Source: Escherichia phage SSBS18_WS_10_728. Taken from it: a stretch of 64,000 nt of DNA. The number at the start of each line of letters is the position of its first letter. The stretch's first letter is position 1. The position numbers and the translations under genes were made by a program. Below are positions 35,141 through 45,739 of this stretch, piece by piece. The notes beneath the pieces are model-generated. The model saw nothing but the letters and a program-made list of their open reading frames with translations. It was not told the origin of the DNA and ran no database searches. The stretch lies in the sequence record MT322327.1; one strand, written 5' to 3'.

Positions 35141-35648
35141 TGTAAGTTGCCCTATAAACTGTCTCAAACTTCAACAGGAGAGATATTGCCAAATCTGTAT
35201 AGTTGTTGTCAAGCACATCTGGCATATTATTTTTGATATATTTCTCTTGCTCTTCATAGGTCATCTTAGGAATGCTTAGGAGTCTATCTCCTTGCTTCTG
35301 GTTATCAGCTTTAGTTTGGATAAACCAGTTTGCACAGTGATGCTCGCCACCTTTTGTAACAGGCTTGTGGTGACCTAATGTGAAGGACTGGTTACCTGTG
35401 TACCTACAAAGCTTATTGAGCACTGCAATGGTGTTCTTAACAACAAAACATTCATACAGGTTGTCTATGGTGTAATATGGATAATAGCGGAATAGTGCTC
35501 TTTCACGAGTACTATCACGATTCCAGAGAATCATGTGATTTGAGTTAGAAGGGTCGTATTGGTGGGAGTCAATGAACTCTTGACGTTCCTCAAAGCTTAG
35601 TCTTAGAACTGACATTGCAGCCGAACGTTTTAGATTTGACAGATACAT
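35133..35648 (-). CDS. HNH endonuclease
   Basis: Motif GHHKPVTKGGEHHCANW. Confidence 0.55.
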   Translation of the reverse strand: MYLSNLKRSAAMSVLRLSFEERQEFIDSHQYDPSNSNHMILWNRDSTRERALFRYYPYYTIDNLYECFVVKNTIAVLNKLCRYTGNQSFTLGHHKPVTKGGEHHCANWFIQTKADNQKQGDRLLSIPKMTYEEQEKYIKNNMPDVLDNNYTDLAISLLLKFETVYRATYNG

Positions 35649-35699
35649 TTTATCTCCAAAATAAAAAGGGAACCTTTACAGTCCCCTTATAGTATCTGT

Positions 35700-36020
35700 T
35701 TACTGAGCTACTTTCAAGATGCTTGTGAACGAGATTTCACTCTCATCCATAAACTCTTTTGCTTCTCCAGTAACTTTTACAAAGTTATCTAGGCAGATAA
35801 TCTTCTTATCTTTCTTGCTGTAGGTTAGTTTAACCTTTTCAATATCTTTCTTAGAGCTTTCCTCTTCATTGAAGAGTTTTACAGCTTCTTTGAATGGTAG
35901 ATATGAGCCGTCATCATCACTAATGAACCCTGTACCACAATAGTAGTAGTTATGTTCTTTAGCCATAAACTGGCACAGTACGAAAATCTGTAATTTACGA
36001 GTGTTATAAACTTTGCTCAT
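35700..36020 (-). CDS. hypothetical protein
   Basis: 106-aa ORF. Confidence 0.45.
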   Translation of the reverse strand: MSKVYNTRKLQIFVLCQFMAKEHNYYYCGTGFISDDDGSYLPFKEAVKLFNEEESSKKDIEKVKLTYSKKDKKIICLDNFVKVTGEAKEFMDESEISFTSILKVAQ

Positions 36021-36022
36021 GA

Positions 36023-36307
36023 TTATTTAGCCTTCTTGTTACGTTTACGGTTACGAGCTTTCTTAGCTGCACGTTTAATTGCTGCTGCACCAGTTGGTCG
36101 ATGTGCTTGTTTTTTACCACCTTTTCCACGTCCAACGTGGATGTAAGGCTGCTGTTCAATTTGGCTTGCAAGAACCTGTGCAACTGCTGAAGCATCTACA
36201 CCAACTTGCTTTCCAGTCATAGAAACAATTGCTGCTGCTTTTGCCAGTGCCTTCAAGAAGCCAGCTTTCATATTACCTAAAATTCCCATTTTTAGTCTCT
36301 CTCTCAT
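36023..36307 (-). CDS. hypothetical basic protein
   Basis: 94-aa ORF, Lys/Arg-rich C-terminus. Confidence 0.4.
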   Translation of the reverse strand: MRERLKMGILGNMKAGFLKALAKAAAIVSMTGKQVGVDASAVAQVLASQIEQQPYIHVGRGKGGKKQAHRPTGAAAIKRAAKKARNRKRNKKAK

Positions 36308-36582
36308 TAAAGTTTAATACAGAACTTATGAAGTTCTTCTTCAGTGATACCTATCGGAGTGATACCTTCTCTGATATTTTGAATCCTGTAGAAGTCTCCA
36401 AACTTATCTGATTCATGAATGACAAACGTGACATTCTTTACAATCGTTGCAAGAGCACATAATGAACGTGAACCAAATTTTTCTCTCGTATAAATCATCC
36501 AAGCATCTAACTTGTTGATGTCGTAAGTCCACTTACCAGAATAATCATTCTGCTCGCCATTGACAATCACCTTGCCACCCAT
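36307..36582 (-). CDS. hypothetical protein
   Basis: ORF 36307..36663 trimmed to ATG 36582 (GGAG RBS) to limit overlap with nrdG. Confidence 0.4.
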   Translation of the reverse strand: MGGKVIVNGEQNDYSGKWTYDINKLDAWMIYTREKFGSRSLCALATIVKNVTFVIHESDKFGDFYRIQNIREGITPIGITEEELHKFCIKL

Positions 36583-37030
36583 ACTCTTTTCTCCAGAGGT
36601 TTTGGTTATCAGAACCACGATATGGTTTAACTGTGGGTTTAGATGAATCATACTTACCATCAATCACCACGTCAACATATTTCATCACATCTAGGTGGAT
36701 TTTTTCGTGTAACTGAAAACCTGTCCAAAGCCATATAGACTTTTCTGGATAAACAGTTTTAATACGCTTGCATATGTTGGTGACCTCTTGAATGTTTCTA
36801 TCATCCAGAGGCTCCCCACCAAGTATTGATAGCCCACTGATGGCCTTATCATCCATTAACTTAATGATGCCGTAGAGGTTTGCATAAGTAAACTCTTTAC
36901 CAGCATTAAACTTCCAAGACTCCCTGTTAAAGCAGCCTTCACAGTGATGTTTACAGCCAGCTACGAAGAGACTTACACGAACCCCTTCACCATTAGCTGT
37001 GTCAAATGGTCGAATCTCCATGTAATTCAT
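36545..37030 (-). CDS. nrdG: anaerobic ribonucleotide reductase activating protein (radical SAM)
   Basis: Cys cluster GCKHHCEGCFN; adjacent to nrdD. Confidence 0.75.
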   Translation of the reverse strand: MNYMEIRPFDTANGEGVRVSLFVAGCKHHCEGCFNRESWKFNAGKEFTYANLYGIIKLMDDKAISGLSILGGEPLDDRNIQEVTNICKRIKTVYPEKSIWLWTGFQLHEKIHLDVMKYVDVVIDGKYDSSKPTVKPYRGSDNQNLWRKEYGWQGDCQWRAE

Positions 37031-37061
37031 CTAGTTACCTCACCAATACTATTTAATTGTT

Positions 37062-37457
37062 TTACTCATACACTACCTGACAAGGAACATATTTAGTAAT
37101 AAACTCTTCACAGTGCTCTTTAATGAAGTCTTGTAAGAGCACACAGTCTTGTGCACAAGTCATGAGTGCAATATACTCTGGGTTCATAATGTTTTCAATG
37201 GTGTAGAAGACAACATTGTCAGATAATTCATGACCGTCTTCTTCAGACCAAGTTCCAGTGACTACAGCTAGTTTATCAAGTAACTCATTAGTTAATGCTA
37301 CACCGTCTTCTACGGAATCACTTAGAACGTTGTCACTGATATACAATGTGAAGGTTGTATGGAATATTGAATATCTTACGTGACTCTTTTCGCAAGAGCC
37401 ACACTCTGAGGCGTAATCTTTAATCCACTCTAACTGTTTTTTGTTCAACTTAATCAT
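37062..37457 (-). CDS. hypothetical protein
   Basis: 131-aa ORF. Confidence 0.5.
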   Translation of the reverse strand: MIKLNKKQLEWIKDYASECGSCEKSHVRYSIFHTTFTLYISDNVLSDSVEDGVALTNELLDKLAVVTGTWSEEDGHELSDNVVFYTIENIMNPEYIALMTCAQDCVLLQDFIKEHCEEFITKYVPCQVVYE

Positions 37458-37654
37458 AATTTCACCTTAGTTGGCAATGCACTGAATGCTATAGCTAACC
37501 CTAAAAATGGTTTGAAGCATGACCATAAATCCATCTGACCATGATATGCGAAACTCCATTGTGGGTCTGAAAAACCCCATACCATAACACTAACCCCAAA
37601 GAAGAAGATTAGTATGTGGAGTATGTATATCAACGTTTTTGGTGTTTTAAACAT
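37454..37654 (-). CDS. small membrane protein
   Basis: 66-aa hydrophobic ORF. Confidence 0.4.
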   Translation of the reverse strand: MFKTPKTLIYILHILIFFFGVSVMVWGFSDPQWSFAYHGQMDLWSCFKPFLGLAIAFSALPTKVKL

Positions 37655-37808
37655 TTTAACTTATCTCTCAACTCACAATAGGAGAGTCCTAAAAAGAACC
37701 CTAGTAAGACAGAACCTATGAAAAACCCAATAATACTCTCTGCCATATCTAACATCCAATAAAAAAGGTGATGTAAGCCTATCAAGACTCACACCACCTT
37801 GTCAAGTT

Positions 37809-39953
37809 TTACATAGAGACTCTATCACGAATCTCAGCAATTTTTGCATCGTTCATTCGGGATTCACCTTTAATCTTAGTCCACCCAAGATACCCACACA
37901 CCCTGTTAATCACAGAGATATCATGTGAATGGCAAACCTCACATTCTTCAACATCAGCCTTTGGTCTGTTACCACAATGCTCACAGATTGCTAGGTCAAA
38001 GTTAAGTCCCTGATAAAAACCTTTCAGCATCCCTCTTGTAATACAACTCTTAAGTGCTGTTAAGTTTTCTGGGTTAGCTACCCTGACATACTGGATTCTG
38101 CCACCTCTACAGATATGGAAGAATGGCTCTTCTAAGTCCTGCTTCTCAAATGGTGAGATGTCTGCTGCAACATTCATATGGAAACTATTTGTAAAGTATT
38201 CCTTGTCAGAAACACCTTTGATAACACCAAACATTTCTCTGAACTGTTTTAGCTGAGTTCCACAAAGTGATTCTGCTGGAGTACCATAGACAGCGTATAA
38301 GAAGCCATCTTCATTTTTAAACTCTTCAGTTTTCATGTTGATGTATGCCAGAACATCGTATGCAAAACTATAGCTTCCAACTTCATGAAGTCGTTTACCT
38401 TCAGCGAGAACAGATAACTCATCAAGCGCAGTAACCCCAAAAGAAGCTGTGAAGGACTTCACGATATCCCAACCAACCTTATCAGTAGGCTTCTTAGTCC
38501 CTTTGTACAGACCACCTTGTGTGAACGCAAGAGGGTTAGAGCTTGCTGGCATGTTAGCAATCATTTCATAGCGTTTCTTGTGGAAGCTGCGAATCATCTC
38601 TAGGTACTTATCAAGCTCTTTCCAGAAATCTAAACCATTATCTTTAGAATACTGGTAAATCATTGGCAAGTTCAAAGATACAGCACCAATGTTAGCACGA
38701 CCTACATAGAACTCTTCCCCATTCTCGTTAAGATATGGAGATAAGAAAGCTCTGCAACCCATCGGTGAAATCACCTTACCAGAACGCTTAAAAGCATCTG
38801 CTACAGCACCATGACCAGATACACTTAAGAAATCTGGATACATCGCTTTAGAGCAACACTCAATAGCTTTTTCAAACAACCTTGCTTGGCATACATCAAG
38901 TTTATGTCTTGTCTCTTCATAGATATACACAAGTTTAGGAAACACAACAGGTTTTTTGCTTTTTCCTTGCCCGTTCATCCTTACATTAAGGATTGTATTG
39001 GCAATCATAAACTGAAGGCGGTTATCTTCATTGTGCATATCTGGTTCCAACAGGCCAAATGTCAGAGTAGTAAATGCAAAATCACCGCGACTGCAAGGAA
39101 CAGTGTTAAGTTTCATTTCAAGAGATTGGAAACCTTGTGTTAACTCATTCTGTAATTGCTCCATTACGTAATTATAGTGTTGCTCTTTAGGTATTCCGTA
39201 CTCTTCAGCTTTCTCTGAGTGGTACACTAAAGATTTTTTAGCATACGGTACAAGTACCTTGTCAATCTCTGCTAAAGTAAAGCCACCAAATTGCTGTGCA
39301 GTTGCTGAAAGAACTACATCACCAATAACCTGTAAGGCTGACAGCACAGACTTCGGTTCACAGTATTCAATTCCAGACATTTCAAAGCCACCTTTCAGTA
39401 CTTTACCAATGTCGAACAGGCAACAGTTGATACCACCAAAAATTAGGTCTCTCAAGTCATGGATGTAGATAAACCCTTTTTCAATGGCTTCAAGTTCCTC
39501 TGGTGTTAAATGGTACTGTTTAAAGATTTCTTTAGTCAGATAACCACGAATAATTGAACCTTTTGTAGAAATTAAACTGCTGTCAAAGTTAGCATTTTCA
39601 CGGTCACCTAAGAAGAGTGTATCTCTAGTCTTTTGGTAAAGCTCGTCCCAATTTTGAGCAACCTCTTTACGGTAATTTCTATATGTTGAGTAGGACTCAT
39701 AAATCTCGTGATTAACTTCTGCCAAAGCACCCTCAACAATACTGTGAATATCATTTACCGAGATGAGCAAATTATTCTGCTTAGTGGACTTTACCAGAAT
39801 CCTCATAAATGCTGACTCAAGAGCTTGGGTAACATCTGGTGGAAGTTCTTTATACCCAACCCTGTTAGCTGACTTAGTTACTGCTGCTAAAACTTTTTTG
39901 ATATCAGGTTCTTCAAGTGAGCCATTCTTTTTAATAATCTGTACTTTGTTCAT
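37809..39953 (-). CDS. nrdD: anaerobic ribonucleoside-triphosphate reductase
   Basis: C-terminal Zn ribbon CEHCG...CEVCH and glycyl-radical motif RVCGYLG. Confidence 0.8.
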   Translation of the reverse strand: MNKVQIIKKNGSLEEPDIKKVLAAVTKSANRVGYKELPPDVTQALESAFMRILVKSTKQNNLLISVNDIHSIVEGALAEVNHEIYESYSTYRNYRKEVAQNWDELYQKTRDTLFLGDRENANFDSSLISTKGSIIRGYLTKEIFKQYHLTPEELEAIEKGFIYIHDLRDLIFGGINCCLFDIGKVLKGGFEMSGIEYCEPKSVLSALQVIGDVVLSATAQQFGGFTLAEIDKVLVPYAKKSLVYHSEKAEEYGIPKEQHYNYVMEQLQNELTQGFQSLEMKLNTVPCSRGDFAFTTLTFGLLEPDMHNEDNRLQFMIANTILNVRMNGQGKSKKPVVFPKLVYIYEETRHKLDVCQARLFEKAIECCSKAMYPDFLSVSGHGAVADAFKRSGKVISPMGCRAFLSPYLNENGEEFYVGRANIGAVSLNLPMIYQYSKDNGLDFWKELDKYLEMIRSFHKKRYEMIANMPASSNPLAFTQGGLYKGTKKPTDKVGWDIVKSFTASFGVTALDELSVLAEGKRLHEVGSYSFAYDVLAYINMKTEEFKNEDGFLYAVYGTPAESLCGTQLKQFREMFGVIKGVSDKEYFTNSFHMNVAADISPFEKQDLEEPFFHICRGGRIQYVRVANPENLTALKSCITRGMLKGFYQGLNFDLAICEHCGNRPKADVEECEVCHSHDISVINRVCGYLGWTKIKGESRMNDAKIAEIRDRVSM

Positions 39954-39972
39954 TATTGCCCCTTTACATGCT

Positions 39973-39998
39973 AAAAAGGTCTCCGAAGAGACCCTTTC
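39973..39998 (-). terminator. rho-independent terminator
   Basis: Minus strand: GGTCTC-TTCG-GAGACC then TTTTTAG. Confidence 0.5.
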
Positions 39999-40001
39999 AT
40001 T

Positions 40002-40208
40002 TTAAATCTTTTTAGAAAACTTTGAAATGAGTTTTCTTAGTTTTTTAGTGATGCCTAGCTGTATCTCTAATATTTCAATGATAACCCATAGTAACATGGC
40101 TCCAAACAATGAACCTTGTTCAAAATCAGTAAATAGGTTAACAACAAGCATACCAATCACAATGGCTGGTGCATCAACAACCAAGCCTTCCCAAAGGCGT
40201 TTAAGCAT
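40002..40208 (-). CDS. small membrane protein
   Basis: 68-aa hydrophobic ORF. Confidence 0.4.
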   Translation of the reverse strand: MLKRLWEGLVVDAPAIVIGMLVVNLFTDFEQGSLFGAMLLWVIIEILEIQLGITKKLRKLISKFSKKI

Positions 40209-40443
40209 TATTCACCTCTGCCATAAAATTCTGTAGTGTTCCGACAGGCTTTAGATTTTGACCATCCGTTTTCATGATGAATGGCATCTGGCGAACTGGC
40301 ATCTGTGCAATATCTATCAGGTCTGACAGTTCATAATCCTGCCCTAACATTCTCACAACATGGTCAACACCACGAGCTTTTGCAAAATTCTTTGCAGTCT
40401 CACACTGAGGGCATCCAGTTTTGGAGTAAATTACATAAGTCAT
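40201..40443 (-). CDS. glutaredoxin/NrdH-like redoxin
   Basis: CPQC active-site motif; between nrdB and nrdD. Confidence 0.65.
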   Translation of the reverse strand: MTYVIYSKTGCPQCETAKNFAKARGVDHVVRMLGQDYELSDLIDIAQMPVRQMPFIMKTDGQNLKPVGTLQNFMAEVNNA

Positions 40444-41516
40444 TAAGGAACCTCTAAAAATCCACTATTCAAATCATCTACAACAGTATTCAATAAATAC
40501 GCACCGTTCTGTTGCTCCTGATTAGCATTCTGCTCTTTATCAATTTCCATCTTCTTAATCATATACTTCAAAGGTGGTTCTTTAGGAGCTACAAAATCTC
40601 TAGGAATGCCAAACATATCATACAGTGGGGCAGCATTATAGTAAACCCACTCATGAAGAAGCTTTGTATTTAACCCAACTACAGCACGTCCTTCGGAGAA
40701 GATATAATACGACCATTTTTCTTCGCTTTCAACTACTTCATCTAAGATTACTTTAATCTCTGGAAGAATTTGTTGGAAAGCTTTTTGCCACTCATCATCT
40801 CTTAAAGTTTCTTTTAAAACTTCAATATCAATTTTAGTGTGAAGGATTTCATCAAGCATAATTTTCTGGACAGCTTGAGCAATACCCTGAAATTTATCTT
40901 GAGCATCAAGTGCAAAAGTACATGCAAAGGATGCCATAAAGGATATACCTTCCAGTGCAGTCACTGCAAATAGACCTTTTAGAATCACTTTATGGAAGTG
41001 CAAAGGGTCTTTGTCCAGAAGTGAGTCACGGACATAACTCAGCCGATAGTTGATACCTTCATCCAGCAATTCTTCAAGAACACGATTCACAGTTTTTAAT
41101 CGGTCTTGTACAGCAATGTTCTGGTTAATCTCATCTAAGATTGTTTCAGGGTTTTTAATACACTGTCTTACAATCTCCGAGTAAGTAAGAGCATGTAGGT
41201 TTTCAATCTCAGACTGCTTCATAATTGCAGTTGCATAAATGTCATCAGAGATGAATGGTGCAAAAGCAAACGCTAAACTCTTAGCAACTTGGGTGTCTGC
41301 TTCCCACTGCCACTTAAGAATCTCAAGCATTACACCTGACATTGATGCTGGTACGCTTTCAAAGTCAAGACGTGATTGTTCAAAAGGGAACTCATCTTCT
41401 GACCAATCTTGTGCTTTTTGTTGTTTGTACAGTTCAAAGATTTTTGGGTAGTGTTTATTAAGTGAGTCAAATGTCTTTCTCTCACCACCTAAAAAGATTG
41501 GGTGTTGGTTAATCAT
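40443..41516 (-). CDS. nrdB: ribonucleotide reductase class Ia beta subunit
   Basis: Start set to ATG 41516 (AAGGAGA RBS); adjacent to nrdA. Confidence 0.8.
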   Translation of the reverse strand: MINQHPIFLGGERKTFDSLNKHYPKIFELYKQQKAQDWSEDEFPFEQSRLDFESVPASMSGVMLEILKWQWEADTQVAKSLAFAFAPFISDDIYATAIMKQSEIENLHALTYSEIVRQCIKNPETILDEINQNIAVQDRLKTVNRVLEELLDEGINYRLSYVRDSLLDKDPLHFHKVILKGLFAVTALEGISFMASFACTFALDAQDKFQGIAQAVQKIMLDEILHTKIDIEVLKETLRDDEWQKAFQQILPEIKVILDEVVESEEKWSYYIFSEGRAVVGLNTKLLHEWVYYNAAPLYDMFGIPRDFVAPKEPPLKYMIKKMEIDKEQNANQEQQNGAYLLNTVVDDLNSGFLEVP

Positions 41517-41770
41517 AGTGTGATTTCTCCTTTCTTTATCATCTCTAAGGCTTGTTTTCTGTCTAAAACTTCCCAATTTTCTTTGTTAAACATGTCATAA
41601 GGTCTTGCATAGATTTTACCATCTGCTGTAGAGATGTAAGAGACACCAGCGACCCATGAGTCATCCTTCTGTTTTATCATCATATCTGTGCTACTCACAT
41701 AGTACAGCGTTTTCCGAGGTTTGTGGAGCAAGTATATGGGCCATTCGTGATTTGCTATTAAGTCTTTCAT
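41513..41770 (-). CDS. hypothetical protein between nrdA and nrdB
   Basis: ORF trimmed to ATG 41770 (GGAGAAA RBS). Confidence 0.4.
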   Translation of the reverse strand: MKDLIANHEWPIYLLHKPRKTLYYVSSTDMMIKQKDDSWVAGVSYISTADGKIYARPYDMFNKENWEVLDRKQALEMIKKGEITL

Positions 41771-41825
41771 AGTTTCTCCAAAGTTATTTTTAGAGGGTCT
41801 TTTACGACCCTCATAGTTATTAAAA

Positions 41826-44060
41826 CTAAACACCACAACCCTCGCAATAAGCATCTTGCAGTGCAGACTTACCTACACCGATGCGACTGTTAAGGTAGTA
41901 CATGGTTTTCATACCTACTGAGTTGGCATAAATCATGTACTTCAAAGCTTGAGCCAATGATACCTTCTTAGCTTTTGCGTAGTCAACATAGAAATCTGAA
42001 GAGATAGCTTGACCAGTGAACTTTTGAACAATTGCATAACAATCAATAAGGTCAAAGGTGTCAATATCCCAAGCAATTTCATAGACATACTTCAACTCTT
42101 CATAATCTGGAACAATAAACAGTACGTTACCAGTTGCAGACTTTTTAGTTAAAATAAAGTCACGAATTGGGTACAAGCCATTTGTCGTATTAGTTGCCAG
42201 TGAAGAACTCTCATTAGGCATGTAAGCTTCTAATACAGAGTTACGGATTCCACCATTTTCTTTAATACGTTGTGCTAAGTCATCCCAATCATATCTTAGT
42301 TTTGCATCATGCTTCTCATCAATCTTCTTGTTAGCTGTCTTTGGAGGAACCCACCCTTCAGGATACTTAGTGAACTTCATGTATTCAGGTACACCACGTT
42401 CTTTAGCAAGTCTTAAAGAAGCTTCATGCAGATAGTAAGAGTGCATCTCTGCAAGTTCGTGAAGCTTTGTCTTACCTGCTCTTGAAGAGTAGTTCACGTA
42501 GTTTTTCGCAAGGTAATGAGCCACATTTGTAAGGCCAATACCAACAGAGCGACGCTTCTGAACATGGTTACGCATCGACGGATACGGATAATCCATAAGG
42601 TCAATAACGGAGTCAACCATTGCAAGAGCATAATAAGCAACGTCAGCGTATTCATCTTCTGAAATTCTCCCTGCAACCAAACTAGCTAGGAAGCAAAGAG
42701 CCACCTCACCATCCTCTTTCACAGCATCATCTCTGTAAAGGTCTGTCTCCTTCTCAAAGCCATATACTGGCAACACAATTTCCATACAAAGATTTGACAT
42801 CTTCAAAGGTTCTTTAAATGGTGTATGTGTGTTTGCATTATTCGTGAAGAATGGGTACACACGACCTGTTGCATAACGCTGCTGGATAAACAGTTTAGCA
42901 ATTTCACGAGCCTTTACTCGTCTGTGCTTAACACCTGAATGAACTGCGTGACCAACTGCCATAGCAAACTCATCAGCAGATGCTGTGTAGAACATGTCAT
43001 AGAGTTTTGGTGCATCCTTGTAAGAGAATAACAACCAGTCTGTATCATATTGAACACACTGCCAGAAATAATCATTTGTGCCGAATGAGTAGTCCATCTC
43101 GTTAATACGTTTCGAAGGAACCGTTGTAGGGTGCTTCAAACGTAGTAAATCTTCAATCTGCGGGTCTAGAGCAGTGTAGAAGTTGTTAGCTGAACCACCA
43201 CGACTCTTCTGTTTATTTGCCTCTACAGATGAACGTACAAGCTTGTAATAAGGTAGCTTACCCATGTGTTCGATAGTGTTTTGACGGATACCATCACCAA
43301 TAGTGCGAGTCTCCATCAGCATACCAATACCAGCTTGCTTTGTAGTCATATCATAAGCAACCTTTGCAGCAATACCAAGTGACTCAGCAGTATCATTTGC
43401 CTTAATCAAACAACATGACGCATAACCTGACTTAGTGGCTCTTAAACCATTCAGATAAGGCGTAGGAGCATTAATCTTCAGGTCAGATAGGTAAGTGTAC
43501 AGCTTAATAACATCTTGCAGTCTACGGTGTTTTGGTTGCTTCTCAAAGGCTTTCATAGCCATACCCATAAACATAAATTGTGGTGACTCAAAAAGTCTTC
43601 CAGTTTTAATATCACGGATACCATATTTGTCTCTGAACTGTTTCAACACTGCATAGCCGTAAGAGATATCTTTTGAGTGCACAATGTACCCTTGCAGGTA
43701 TTCAAGCTCTTCCTGAGAATAGTCCATCTTCTCCCAAAGTCCTGCTCTCTCCATATTTTTAACGAAGGTAACCAGCGTAGGAACCTTAGTAAAGCCGCCA
43801 AAGGCTTCTTTGTAGATAATACCCAGAAGTAGCCGTCCAGCCATGTCTGAGTACTCTTGAGTTTGTTTATCAACACAAACATCAATCATGGCTTGGTGCA
43901 TTTCTTTTGTAGTGCAACCTTCATAGACACGTTTCATGGCTTCCATAGTGACTTCTGACCAGATAATTCCACGCTTGTCTGCCCATGATGCCCACTTATT
44001 CAGTCTTTCTGGGTCAAAGCTTACTACTGTACCGTTTGATTTTTTAATTGTCTTAATCAT
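41826..44060 (-). CDS. nrdA: ribonucleotide reductase class Ia alpha subunit
   Basis: 744 aa; active-site region SNLCMEIVLP. Confidence 0.8.
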   Translation of the reverse strand: MIKTIKKSNGTVVSFDPERLNKWASWADKRGIIWSEVTMEAMKRVYEGCTTKEMHQAMIDVCVDKQTQEYSDMAGRLLLGIIYKEAFGGFTKVPTLVTFVKNMERAGLWEKMDYSQEELEYLQGYIVHSKDISYGYAVLKQFRDKYGIRDIKTGRLFESPQFMFMGMAMKAFEKQPKHRRLQDVIKLYTYLSDLKINAPTPYLNGLRATKSGYASCCLIKANDTAESLGIAAKVAYDMTTKQAGIGMLMETRTIGDGIRQNTIEHMGKLPYYKLVRSSVEANKQKSRGGSANNFYTALDPQIEDLLRLKHPTTVPSKRINEMDYSFGTNDYFWQCVQYDTDWLLFSYKDAPKLYDMFYTASADEFAMAVGHAVHSGVKHRRVKAREIAKLFIQQRYATGRVYPFFTNNANTHTPFKEPLKMSNLCMEIVLPVYGFEKETDLYRDDAVKEDGEVALCFLASLVAGRISEDEYADVAYYALAMVDSVIDLMDYPYPSMRNHVQKRRSVGIGLTNVAHYLAKNYVNYSSRAGKTKLHELAEMHSYYLHEASLRLAKERGVPEYMKFTKYPEGWVPPKTANKKIDEKHDAKLRYDWDDLAQRIKENGGIRNSVLEAYMPNESSSLATNTTNGLYPIRDFILTKKSATGNVLFIVPDYEELKYVYEIAWDIDTFDLIDCYAIVQKFTGQAISSDFYVDYAKAKKVSLAQALKYMIYANSVGMKTMYYLNSRIGVGKSALQDAYCEGCGV

Positions 44061-44077
44061 TTTTGAATCCTACAGAT

Positions 44078-44100
44078 GAAAAGAGCCTCCGAAGAGGCTC
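44078..44100 (-). terminator. rho-independent terminator
   Basis: Minus strand: GAGCCTC-TTCG-GAGGCTC then TTTTCATC. Confidence 0.5.
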
Positions 44101-44106
44101 CCTAGT

Positions 44107-44442
44107 TTAAATCTTGAAAATTTGCTCATTCTGCCACATATCGTAAAACTTATCACTTACCTTTGTGACTGAAGAGGTGTGCATACAATTCAGGAACCAT
44201 GATGGTGCACTAGCATCCATAATTGTTTCAAGTTTTTGTGTGACATTCACATCCATGTCTGCAACAACGTAATTACCTCGCATCTTGCAAACAATTCTTC
44301 CAAACAAGATTGCACTTCTACCTCTTCGGTCGTCACAGTACATAACTGTGTCCCCGTGCTTAACATCTTGTCCGATACTATCAACACCTAATTTAGCACC
44401 TGAGATAATGTCATCATAAGACAGCTTTTTTGCTTTAGACAC
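44107..44442 (-). CDS. hypothetical protein
   Basis: 111-aa ORF. Confidence 0.5.
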   Translation of the reverse strand: MSKAKKLSYDDIISGAKLGVDSIGQDVKHGDTVMYCDDRRGRSAILFGRIVCKMRGNYVVADMDVNVTQKLETIMDASAPSWFLNCMHTSSVTKVSDKFYDMWQNEQIFKI

Positions 44443-44767
44443 GGTATTTCTCCAAGTTTCTTTTTAGATATAACCAACCATAGTCAGTTCTTTCTACACC
44501 CATGAAGAGTGGAGCCATTACAACTTTACCAAAAGTATTCCTGTGTTGACAGATTTCAAAAGAATACTCTTTCTCAATATCAATCCCGTATTTGTACAGA
44601 ACTGCTTTTAAAACTTGTTCATTATCCAGAAGTGTATCTGGAGTCTCACCATACTTCTCAAGTAACGGGTCATTCATAAACACCGTCATAGAGATATTGT
44701 AGTTTGAGAAGTGGCTCTTCTGAGCCACACCTTCTTTATTAATGTTCTGTGAATCCATTATAACCAA
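44435..44767 (-). CDS. hypothetical protein
   Basis: 110-aa ORF. Confidence 0.5.
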   Translation of the reverse strand: MVIMDSQNINKEGVAQKSHFSNYNISMTVFMNDPLLEKYGETPDTLLDNEQVLKAVLYKYGIDIEKEYSFEICQHRNTFGKVVMAPLFMGVERTDYGWLYLKRNLEKYRV

Positions 44768-45494
44768 CCCCTTTTAACCAGCACTTCAGGTTATTAGCAT
44801 CATAATTCAGTTTCGGGTATGAGGTTACATGGAACTGCTCACCATCATAGTAGATAATATCTGCAATCCATAGTCCATTCTCTTTACAGAAATCTTTATC
44901 TGCTTTAGAGGTAATTGGATTAACTTCTACAAAACCATCTACACCCAAATCCTTTAAGCTACCTACAATACCTTTGCAGATAACGCATGTGTCAGATACT
45001 ACCACAAAAAGTTCTTGGCTTTCAAGTTCTACAATGTATTCACCAAGCTGAACTTTAGGGAGATTAGACTGTTTCATAATCTTCCCATCGGCTGCACGAA
45101 CAATTGCATACCACTCTTTACCATCAACTACTGACATTCTGATGATACACTCTTGACCAGTACGCTTCTCAATATCTGCAAGACGTTTTAAAGCTTCTTC
45201 ATAGTCATCTGTGTACTTCAGGTCATTATTATGGCAAACAGCTTTCATAGCACCGTTATGGTCATGTTGTGACAGGTAAATCAAACCGTCAAGAACATAT
45301 TGCAAATCTGCCTGAGCATCCAGTGTCTCAATTGGGTCTTTCTCTTCAATTGCCTTCACAAGTTCTTTTGCTTCTTCAAGCATACATAAAGATTGAGACT
45401 TTAAAGATTCCCAATACTCGTCACTGTAAGGCTGCTTTTGGGTGTTTCCACAACGAAGGTTCCAGTTTTTTACTGATTCTCTTGAGTTAAACAT
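44739..45494 (-). CDS. MazG-like nucleotide pyrophosphohydrolase domain protein with C-terminal extension
   Basis: N-terminal motif EEAKELVKAIE...DAQADLQYVLDGL. Confidence 0.45.
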   Translation of the reverse strand: MFNSRESVKNWNLRCGNTQKQPYSDEYWESLKSQSLCMLEEAKELVKAIEEKDPIETLDAQADLQYVLDGLIYLSQHDHNGAMKAVCHNNDLKYTDDYEEALKRLADIEKRTGQECIIRMSVVDGKEWYAIVRAADGKIMKQSNLPKVQLGEYIVELESQELFVVVSDTCVICKGIVGSLKDLGVDGFVEVNPITSKADKDFCKENGLWIADIIYYDGEQFHVTSYPKLNYDANNLKCWLKGVGYNGFTEH

Positions 45495-45733
45495 TCGGAC
45501 TCCTTAAAATATTTGTTAACCTTTAGCTCTCGCGTTTCAATATATTCCAGATGCTCACGTAGCTCTTGACGTTTAAGCATTAGGTGCTGCATTTGAGATT
45601 CAACAGCTTCAACTTCTTTAATGATTGACTCTCTGGCATTTGCAAGAATGCGCTCAAGTTCTTCAATCTTGCTGTCAACTTTTGCTACATGACTCACAGC
45701 TTTACTTTTGTTAAACATTTTATTCTCTCTCAA
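45470..45733 (-). CDS. hypothetical coiled-coil protein
   Basis: 87-aa ORF. Confidence 0.4.
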   Translation of the reverse strand: MRENKMFNKSKAVSHVAKVDSKIEELERILANARESIIKEVEAVESQMQHLMLKRQELREHLEYIETRELKVNKYFKESECLTQENQ

Positions 45734-45739
45734 TAGTTA